Shown in pieces: positions 51,666-61,150 of a stretch of 64,000 nucleotides of DNA (positions are counted from its first letter, which is position 1; the number at the start of each line of letters is the position of its first letter). The notes beneath the pieces were generated by a model. The model did not search any database. It was not told the origin of the DNA and saw nothing but the letters and a program-made list of their open reading frames with translations. Source of the DNA: Chiloscyllium plagiosum (lineage: Eukaryota); assembly GCF_004010195.1 (NCBI RefSeq), contig NC_057716.1, positions 11,156,235 through 11,220,234 on the forward strand, read 5' to 3'. Both the position numbers and the translations under genes were made by a program.

Positions 51666-52202
51666 AAAATAATAGTAATAGTTCCTAAAAATAACATCTA
51701 GCCTGACTCAAACAAAAAAAGTCAATAGCTTTAACACAATAGTCCTCAACAGTATTTACCTCTTTCATGAAAAAGAGAGCCAAAATTAAGAAAACAATCT
51801 TTTATTTATATACACTTTAGGTCATTTCTACACACATTACACTGGGAAAGTTCTGAAAACACAAGATAAATTAATACAGTTTGAAAATGTAGATAATAAG
51901 TTTGCTGTTTATTGAATTTTTTTTATATTTGGAAAAAAATGCTTGGTGACTCAGTAATTTGGTGAATCAGCAATTTTACTTGCATATGTTTACTCACCCA
52001 GACAGCAAATTGTGCAATAATCACTGATCCCTATTTCATCAGCTCGCAACAGACAAAAACCATTTATTTAAAAATTGAAAAAATTGGAAAATGTAAGTCT
52101 TAATTTTGAAGCAAAATGTGGATTTTATATGCTCGGTTTCTTGAGCCAATAAAACGTTTAAATTAATAAAAGCCATATTTGAAATGTTCACTAAGTTACA
52201 AC

Positions 52203-52327
52203 CTGTGTAGGTCTATCTCCATATAGGGGAAGAGGAGTTTCTCTTTGATCAGTTCCCATATAACTCTGGTCATCTCATCTCCTTTCATTTCCACCACAGA
52301 ACCAACTTGGATCTTTTTACCTGACAT
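52203..52327 (-). CDS. IDH1: IDH1 first coding exon (ATG at 52327; exon begins at 52342)
   Basis: Encodes [41 protein letters not shown], ending AG|gttgta. No mitochondrial leader, so IDH1 rather than IDH2. The eight exons sum to 1245 nt. Confidence 0.96.
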
Positions 52328-53663
52328 TGTTTAGTTTAATTTCTGCAAAGAAACAAGAAAAGATAAAGTAATCCATTCAGAGTACCTTTTCTATGAACAG
52401 TATCCTACATATATTTGAACTTTTGTGTTAAACCTTAAAACTATTGTAGTATTGTAGTAACTTTGTTAGATCACTCCTGCCAAATCTGATTAAATTTCAA
52501 CAGCTTAACCTCATGATGAAACCAAAGATTCCAAGTTGATGTAATGTAACTCCCGAAACTGGTTTTTCAATCATGTGAATGCCAAAAACTGACATTACAC
52601 ATCTCAAATACTTTAAATAAAGTACAACGCATTCACACACTTTTATGATCTTCATCCATCTTAGGATCTTCCATGTAAATTGGCTGCATTCCTGCAATCT
52701 GCAGCCTGTCACTTCTCAGTGACTGTAGATTATCACAGTAAAAAAAAAATCAAACGTTTAGCATTAGGAAGTGTAAGAGTGAAAGTGTAGTTTGGAGTAC
52801 ATGCAGAGACTTTTCCCCTGCTATATAATGGACGCTCTCTAGTCTATTTCTGGAATCTGGCACTTGAGGTCACTCTCTCAATATCACGAGAAGGAATTTA
52901 TTCAAACGGCCATGAATCTTTCAAATTCTCCACCAAAGCTGTGGATGTTGAAATCAGCCACTGTATAACCAAGACAGAGATGGATGAATAGATCTTTTTG
53001 GTGGTGGTGGTGGTGGTGGGGAAGGTGATATTGGCTAAAGGTATCAAGAGGAATGCTAGAAGTGTTAGACAGTGCAACCCGAGATAGAATTTTATGATTT
53101 GAACGGTCAGATGGCCCATTCCTGCATTTCTTAAATAAAAACCAAGTGACCAGCAGAAACAAAGACCAGACGTACTGACAGGCTGATCTTCAATAGTGTG
53201 AGAAAAGAAACCCACATAATTCTTATCCCATGGCAGTATTTCCGATACAGGCGTCTCTCTCTGCCTGCCTGCCTTGCCTGTCACCACTTGTTTGACGGAT
53301 CTTGTACTTTGCACCACAGAGACCTCTTCCTGCTATTACTCCAGCTCTCATTGCAAATGCTATGTGAGTTGGGTGGGACTGGAAACCCTATCAACCCCAA
53401 TCGGGGATGGGAGAGAAGAACTCGAGATTGAATCAGCGAAAGTGTCGATCGTGTTTTAATTTAAACGACCCGTTGAATCGTCGAGGGGTGTGTGCAGGAA
53501 AGAGAACAACATAATAAAGGAATTCCTTCTGGCTTATCAGCAGCGGTGGTGCCAAGAAGTCCATTCACCTTTTTCTTGAAGTTTCGACCTACTTTAAGTG
53601 GTATCGTTACTGAAATAGTGAATGGGATGGGGGCGGGAGGAGATGAAGAGAGACATCCCTCAC

Positions 53664-53770
53664 CTGTTCGAGAGTGCAACGTCGACGAAGGGGATGTACC
53701 AAGCTCCCTCGGTGCTCGCAGCAGCCTCTGTCAGTCCGCACTGACAGTCCGAACGCCAGCCCCGGCTGAT
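53664..53770 (-). other. IDH1: Probable non-coding first exon of IDH1
   Basis: CAG|gtgagg donor at 53664/53663 on the minus strand, immediately downstream of the CpG-rich promoter. TSS is approximate. Confidence 0.6.
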
Positions 53771-54010
53771 CGAACGGAGCCCCTCCCCACGTGATTACAA
53801 CGCCGCCCAATCCGCAGCGCGGAGGGCTGCAACCTCGCGCCCACGCCCCGCCCCGCGGCCGGGCTTTGTCCAATAGGGATGCCCCACATCAAGGTGGCCT
53901 CGAGGCCGGTGCAACGGTTGGCAGTTGACAGCTCGAGCCGCGTTTGTTTTCCGGCTCCTCGGGCCTAGGCCGGCTCCGAGTCTTCGGTATAACTGTACTG
54001 CACGTTCCTG
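53770..54010 (-). promoter_or_regulatory. IDH1 CpG-rich promoter (E-box, CCAAT boxes, GC boxes)
   Basis: CACGTG 53788-53793, CCAAT 53807-53811 and 53870-53874, GC boxes 53803-53808 and 53846-53856. High CpG density against a CpG-depleted background. Confidence 0.75.
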
Positions 54011-54669
54011 CAGTGCTGGCAGAGGGTAGGGAAACCCAATGGGACGACTTTGTAGGTCCAAATCTTAACCCTCAAGAAATTCCTTCTCAAACGAACATCC
54101 GTGACAGAACTAATGAATGTGATAGCTCGCATCGGTGCAACAGTAATTACCCTTTTTATATATAAATTTATGAGAGCGTGTAGGTAGCGCCCACAATCTC
54201 CCGTGTTATTTTGGCATAGCAGGAACTATTGTGCTCTGAATCATCGCCACCTTCTTTCCTTCTACAGCATCTCTCCCCGTTGTTTAAAATGCCAGAGAGA
54301 CTGTCACTATCGGTGTGTTTTTTTTCAGTATTAACGTTTGTTCTGCAATTAAGTACAAAGTGACGTGAAATTTGTAGCTGAACAATAATTTAGCTCAGGG
54401 GAGGGTACCTTCATTCAGCACACAGGGATATTATGGTCAGTGTTTACCTTGTCTCAGGACTTTCATTTTAATTGATGTCATTGCTTAAAATGCATCTTGG
54501 TATAAGTGGGTTGCACCACATGGGCTCAAGAAGCCTTCAAACTAAAATGTCTCCAAGAGTATCTCACTTACCTTGGTTCTGAGTGAGCTCCCTGGTGAAA
54601 GGCCAGTAGGTTTTCTTCAAAGTTTTGATATGGGGGGGCGGGTGTAGAGAGAGAGTGTCAGCTTACCTT

Positions 54670-55065
54670 CAATAAAATAGACTGGGACTTTTTTCACTGG
54701 AGCCTAGGAGGTTGAGGGGTGACCCTTACTGAGGTTTATAAAATCATGAGGGCCATTGACAAAGTGAATGACAAGGGTCTTTTTGCTAGGGTGGGAGAGT
54801 TCAAAACTAGGGAGCATATTTTTATGGTGAGAAGACAAGGATTTATAAAGGACATGGGGGCAACTTTTTTTACACAATGGTTTGTCTGTTGAATGAGTTG
54901 CCAGAGGAAGTGATGAGTGCAGGTATAGTTACAATATTAAAAGGCATTTGGGTAACTACATGAATAGGAAAGGTTTAGAAGGATATGGGCCAAGTGCAGG
55001 CAGGTAAAACTAATTTAGTTTGGGAACATGGACTGGTTGGACCAAAGGGTCTATTTCCATGCTGG
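54670..55065 (+). mobile_element. CR1 3' fragment
   Basis: ttcactggag...gaggggtgacc...gaggtttataaaatcatgaggg...ttggaccaaagggtct. Confidence 0.75.
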
Positions 55066-55945
55066 AAGGCTCTTCCCATTAAAGACATTTGTAACCCATA
55101 TGAGTAGCAGGGTATTTGGTTTTTGTTATGGCAAATAAGCATTACATTTATTGTATATAGCATGAATTTTTGCATATAGCACAAAAACCACAAAGCTCTG
55201 GGTTTTATTATGATTAGTCATTTTTTACTTGAATAAAATCATAAACACCTGCAGTATTTCCACAAACAAGAACTTTGTGATTTAATAATATATATCTGGT
55301 GATTTCCTTTCAAATGTGGCAATACATTCATTGCCAGGCAAAAAAAGTTCCCCCATTTTGCACAGTTTATTCAGCTGATTTCATTTCATTGAAGATGGAA
55401 GGTAACCTGATTTAACCAGCCACACATCATCATCTAGCTCCTCAGCAAATTAAAGTTTCTTCTCAGCTTAGAAGATACATTTCTCTTCTCTAAGATTTAA
55501 TATGTTCTGCCTCAGTAACCAGCTCAATTCTATAGTTATAAACATGGAACTGTTTTCTCCATCCAATTCTGCATGAAGTGCAGAGATACAACTGAAATTT
55601 CTTTGTCTGCATTTAATAAACTAAATGAGCGTTAGTACTTCACTCTGAGGATACTTGGTTTACTATCTTTTGTACCAAATCCCTCTGTGTAAAAAGCAAT
55701 TTGTTTTCAATCCTTGCATCTTCCTTTCTTATCTTTAATTTCTTCAAGCCCTACAATTTGCTGTCATTGCTGCCACCACCAAAAAAGAATTCTGCTTCTT
55801 GGAATCATTTCAAAAGTAGTGGTTGCAACCTCATATCTGAGCCTTAAAGCTGTGGGACGACCTCGTGAAATCTCTCAGTCTTTCCTCTGTAAAATATTGC
55901 TTAAAACCTACCTCTCTGGCCAATTTCTTTGTTGTCTGGCATAAT

Positions 55946-56680
55946 GGTTGCAAGTTTACTTGCTGAGCTGGAAGGTTGGTTTTCAGATATTTTGTCACCG
56001 TGCTAGTTAACATCATCAGTAAGCCTCTAGTGAGACGCTGGTGTTCTGTCCCACTTTCTATTTGTGTGTCTCGGTCTCTCGAGGTGGGTGATATCATTTC
56101 TGTTTCTTTTTCTCAGGAGGTTGGTAAATGGGATCCAAATCGATGTTTTATTAATGAATTTCTAGTTTGAATGCTAGGCCTCTAGGAATTCCCGTGTGTG
56201 TCTCTGTTTAGCCTGTCTTAAGATGGATCTCTTATCCCAGTCAACAAGAAACTAGATACCAGGATACACAAACACCAACTATCCACCAAAAAACATGACC
56301 CACTGTCACTTGTATCTTTACATACAGACAAAGAAGGACACCACTTTGACTGGGACAACACATCCATTCTAGGACAGGTGAAACAGAGACACATATGGAA
56401 ATTCTTAGAGGCCTGGCATTCAAACCAGAACTCCATCAATAAATACATTGATTTGGACCCCATTTATCAACCTCTGAGAAAAAGAATCAGAAATAATATC
56501 ACCCACCTTAACAGACCAAGACAAATAAGTAGAAAGTGAGACAGAACACCAGCGCTTCACCAGAGGCTCACGGATGATATTACCTAGCATGGTGACAAAA
56601 TGTCTGAAAACAAACCTTCCAGCTCAGTGAGCAAACTTACAACCTGAACCTCAACCTGAGCTACAAATCTTCTCAAAATG
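55946..56680. mobile_element. Penelope-like element 3' end as an inverted pair (related to the 5575 family)
   Basis: + arm encodes HHFDWDNTSILGQ...LEAWHS...SINKYIDLDPIY. 55946-56220 is its inverted copy. Decayed hammerhead motifs at 55984-56021 (-) and 56569-56606 (+). Confidence 0.8.
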
Positions 56681-56949
56681 TCTGGCCTAATATATTCTCA
56701 TTTAGCTTAAATGTCTGATATTTTGTCTTAATGTTCCTATAAAAAGCTTTTGGAACTTTGTTTTACTTTAAAGAAGAGAAAAATGCAACATGTTGTTACT
56801 GAATAATCATTTTGAGTCCAAAGAACTGCTAGTAACAGTACCATCTGATTCTGATTCATACAAAGCAGCAAGGATCCAGAGTTGGCAGAGCTGAGTCAAA
56901 GTCTAGACATTCTACAATTAAAACACAATTTGCTCTTTTCTCCATATGA

Positions 56950-57385
56950 AAGACAGTGGCAAGAGTTTAAAAGAGTGAGCTTGAGGGAGAGAAGAAAATA
57001 GCAGCAAGAGTGAATCTGAGAGGGAGTAGCGCGATGGGGCAAGTATTTGAAGAGTGAACCTGAGAAGAAGTAGTGAAATAGCAGCATAGTGTTTAAAGAG
57101 TGCACCCAGAGGGACTAGTGAGATAGCAACAAGAGGTTAAACAGCAACTCAGGATGAGGGAGACAGTAAAAAGAGTTTAAACAACAACTTAATCAAAAGC
57201 AATGAAACTGGCAAGAGTGAGCCTGGGCAGAATAGTGAGATTGAAGCAACAATTTACATTATGAATTTAAAAGGGAGCAGTGAGACAGTGGCAAGAGTTT
57301 AAAAACTGAGTCTGAGAAGGAGAAGTGAAACAGCATTGAGAGTTTTAAAGAGTGAATCTGAGAGAGAGCAATGAGTGAGAACAGT
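56950..57385 (+). repeat. Degenerate purine-rich tandem repeat (unit about 45 bp)
   Basis: Recurrent gagtgaatctgag...agtgagacagtggcaagagtttaaaa-like units. Confidence 0.6.
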
Positions 57386-57904
57386 ATTTTACACTCCCAT
57401 TGGGGTCAGGACTGGAGCAGGAAAGCCCAATAATTATCAGAGGACATTGATTTTCATCCTGGCACAAGTAGTGGGTATTGTTTTAGATCAATTAATTAGG
57501 TCCACTCAGAAGAATCTTCACTAGTTGTCTTGCCACCCTGAGAATGAAACTTAAGTTATGGATGGAAGCATCCTCTGTTCTGCTAGGAACTGCCCTTCCC
57601 AACCGCTGAACTTGGCATGGCTGCAGTGCCCCTTAATGATAACAGCCTTATTAAATTCAACAAATTTTACCTTTTCTTCAAAGGTTGAGCCCAACGTGAG
57701 GGACACTTTTTATCTTCGATATGCATCATAATTATCATGTTGTAAGATGTTTTATTATGAGAGGGCATCCTTTTGGCCCTCCAGTTTTGACAGCCCTTCA
57801 TCATCCCTAATTCAAAAGCAAATGATTTCCCTGTTACTAACTGGCCATCCCTTTAAACGTAGCATAGGCTTAGGTGATAGATAATTTTTGAGTTATAGGA
57901 AGAT

Positions 57905-58310
57905 GCTGAATAGGCTTTTTTTCCTGGAGCATTGGAGGCTGAGGGGAAACCTTATAGAAGTTTATATAATTATGTAGTGCATGGAAAAGGCGAATACCCT
58001 TTCTGAGGGGAGGGAAGTCCAAAACTAGAGGGCATAAGTTTAAAGTGGTGGGGAAAGATTTAGAAATGACCTAAGGGGTAACCTTTTTAGGCAGATGGTA
58101 GTGTGTGTATGGAATGAGCTGCCAGAGGAGGTGGTGGCAGCGGGTACAATTACAACATTTACATGGCATCTGGATGGTTATATGAATAGAAAGAGTTGAG
58201 AGAGATATGGGCTAAATGCTGACAAACGGAACTAAGTCAGATTGGGATGTCTGGTCAGTGTGGACGAGTTCGACCAAAGGGTCTGTTTCCGTGGTATATG
58301 GCTCTGACAC
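57905..58310 (+). mobile_element. CR1 3' fragment
   Basis: ggaggctgagggg...aactagagggcataagttta...ggaatgagctgccagagga...gggtctgtttcc. Confidence 0.8.
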
Positions 58311-58849
58311 GTAACCGAATCCCAAACATTTATCCATTGATCCAAAAACATATGGGCAGGATTTGGTTTATTATTTGTCTGTCTTAGGTTCTCTTTCAAG
58401 TTAATTCTTTTTTTTCTCTCATAGTCTCTCTGCTTCTCTTAGTTCCTTTTATGTTTCCTCTGAACTTCCTATATACAGCCTCGTTGTCACTTAAAGTTAT
58501 CTGACAGCATCACATGCCCTTTTTTCTGTTTCATCTTACTTTTTTCTTCCCTAAGACTCCAATTACTATGGCATTAAGAAATTCCAATAGAAAATGCATA
58601 CCTATATTATTGGTAAAAGCTGCCAGATGGCCAAAATAAAAATGTTATTCATACCTTCATTTTCTGCGTTGGTGACTTATGATTTTGATACAAACTTTAA
58701 AAGTCCCAAATTGAATAATTTGCAATGATGCAGAATCTTAATCATTTCCAGTAGGACCACCAGGTTAGGGGAAAAGGAACTATGAAAAAGACCAGTGAAT
58801 CAACATCTAGCCAATCAGTTCTACCATAAGAGCTGAATTCCAAAGTTGA

Positions 58850-59400
58850 TGTGCGAATGACTGCTTTTGACATCAGGTGCACATTTTACTGAGTGTCACA
58901 TCAAGCAGCCCTAGCAAAACTGGAGTCAGTGAAAATTAGGATGAAAACTCTGCTGGTTGGAATCTGACTCAGCACAATGTTTGAGATTGTTGGAAGTCAA
59001 TAATTACAGCTCCAAGATATCTCTGCAGGATCTCCTCAGGATAGATATATTTCTAATCAAGCTGTTCAGAAGTGATATTACACACCACTGGAACAGAAGG
59101 AACTTGAACATGGGCATCCTGTCTTAGAGGTATGGACGCTAACCACTGCACAATGTAGTTGATGAATCCACAATGTTCAGAACAATTTGTGATTCCTCAG
59201 ATACTCAAACAACCCATGTCTATATGCAGCAGGACCTGGGCAATATCCAGTCTTAAGACTAAGTGGCAACTAACATACATGCTACACAAGTTCTAGGCAA
59301 TCACTGTCTCCAACATGAGAAAATCTAATTATTGTGCTTGACATCAAATGGCAATTGAGTACCCCACAGTGGAGTTGCCATTGATAAGAATGAACTGGAC
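58850..59400 (+). mobile_element. Old LINE RT fragment (same family as 12660-15320)
   Basis: ctgcaggatctcctcagg...tcctcagatact...atgcagcaggacctgg...aatatccag parallels 14460-14800. Confidence 0.45.
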
Positions 59401-59544
59401 CAGACAATGGGGGTTGGATCTGCCTAAGTCCCAGATCCAACGAGTATATGAACTGCTCTAGATCAGTTACAGAATAGAGATGAATGAATAGTACAAGTCC
59501 AGCATTTAAATACTGGGCGACTGGACCAGTGTCATGCCGGATGA

Positions 59545-60465
59545 AGAAAAACCCTTTGCTCCAACTCGTCCATGCTGACCAGATTTCCCAAACTAAACTC
59601 ATCCCATTTGTCGGTGTTTGGCCACTATCATTCTAAACCTTTCCTATTCATGTATAGGACCAAATATCTTAAATGATGTAACTGTTCCGGCATCTACCAC
59701 TTCCTCTGGCAGTTCATTCCATATACACACCACCCACTTTGTGAAAAAGTCACCCCCCCAGTTCCCTTTAAATTTTTTCCCTCTCAGTTTAAACCTATCC
59801 CCTTTAGTTTTGAACTCCCATATCCTAGGGAAAAAGACCTTAGCTATTCACATTTTCTAAGCCTCTCATGATTTTATAAACCTCTTTAAAGGTCATGTCT
59901 CAACTTACTATGCACCAGAGAAAAACATTCCCAGCCTATCCAGTATCTCCTTATAACTCAACCCTTGCAGTCCCAGTAACATCCTTGTAAAGCTTTTCTG
60001 CATCCTTTCTAATTTAATATTTTTCCTACAGCAAGGCGATCAGGCTATATGCAGTACTCCAAAAGTGGCCTCACCAATGGTCCTGGACGGAAGTGGATAC
60101 TGCACGGAAGTGGGGATTAAAGTCAAGATTAGAGTGGTACTGAAAAAAGCACAGCAGGTCAGGCAGCATCCGAGAAGCAGGAAAATCGCCATTTCGGGCA
60201 AATGCCCTTCTGATGAAGAGCTTTTGCCCGAAATGTCGATTTTCCTGCTCCTATGATGCTGCCTGACCTGCTGTGCTTTTCCAGCATGCACCAATGTTCC
60301 TCAACTTGATGTCCCAACTACTCTTCTCAATGTTTTGACCAATGAAGACAAGTATGCCAAATGCCTTCTTCACCACTCTGTCTACCTGTGACACCACTTT
60401 CAAGGAATTATGTACGTGAACCCCTAGGTCTCGCTTTTCAACAACATTCCCCAATGCCCTACCAC
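59545..60465 (-). mobile_element. CR1 3' part with a nested inverted Penelope-terminus hairpin (about 60085-60289)
   Basis: RDLGVHVHNSLKV...VVKKAFGIL remnant. The insert is flanked by caccaatg(g/t)tcct direct repeats. Confidence 0.8.
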
Positions 60466-60582
60466 TAAAATCTAATCTAATCTAATCTAACTGCATCAGA
60501 TGGTAGAAATTCTGCAGTAAACAACACACTTCCTGATTCCTCAAACTTGTTCACCACCTACACCTCCACTTATCTGGAAGGG

Positions 60583-60678
60583 ATCACAACCACCTGATGA
60601 AGGAGTGGCGCTCCGAAAGCTAGTGTGCTTCCAATTAAACCTGTTGGACTATAACCTGGCGTTGTGTGATTTTTAACT
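60583..60678 (+). mobile_element. 96-bp mini-insertion consisting mostly of a hammerhead motif, with TSD
   Basis: Flanked by tta(t/c)ctggaaggg at 60570-60582 and 60679-60691. Confidence 0.7.
60591..60625 (+). ncRNA. Minimal hammerhead ribozyme motif (intact core)
   Basis: CAC-CUGAUGA-A-GGAGU-GGC-GCUCC-GAAA-GC-UA-GUG: stem I CAC/GUG, stem II 5 bp, palindromic AGCU helix III, predicted cleavage after A60622. Confidence 0.7.
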
Positions 60679-60849
60679 TTACCTGGAAGGGTGCAGCTTC
60701 AAAAATACATTTGAGAAGTTGCACATCCCAGATCTCCCGTGCAATCACGGACAGACAATAACTGCTCTCCTGGTCAGCGACAGCCACATCCCAACAATGA
60801 AAATATTTTTAATACACCATCCTTGCAAAAATGGAAAATGAAATTAGGT

Positions 60850-61150
60850 GGGGAGTCCGGAACCGTGTGCGCCACCGCTACACTAACGCAGTCAGGAGGG
60901 AGCGCGCACGTCACCGCCGGCGCACCAGGGAGCGCGCACGTCACCATGTTGGTGTAAGGAGGGAGCGGTTCAAGGGACTGAGATGATGTGAGTGAGCTGC
61001 TCCTGGAGGCCTCTGTCCGATTGTCTGCCCGCCCTCTCAGTCAGCGGACTGGTGCGGACCCTGTGAGAGGTGAGTGCCCCGGGAGACCTGGCAGGGCTCC
61101 ATTAAATTAACCCGGACTGGGTTGAGGCCGTTCAGGCCCCGGTCCGGGAC
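60850..61150 (+). promoter_or_regulatory. CpG-rich promoter / non-coding first exon of a gene divergent from IDH1 (possibly PIKFYVE, by synteny only)
   Basis: CpG-rich patch with a duplicated agggagcgcgcacgtcacc. Consensus donors GAT|gtgagt (60987/60988) and GAG|gtgagt (61069/61070). No coding exon found before 64000. Confidence 0.55.

Noticed and set aside
52902-53162. ORF containing a poly-His run
   Set aside because: It arises from a (ggt)n microsatellite in IDH1 intron 1, within decayed repeat sequence.
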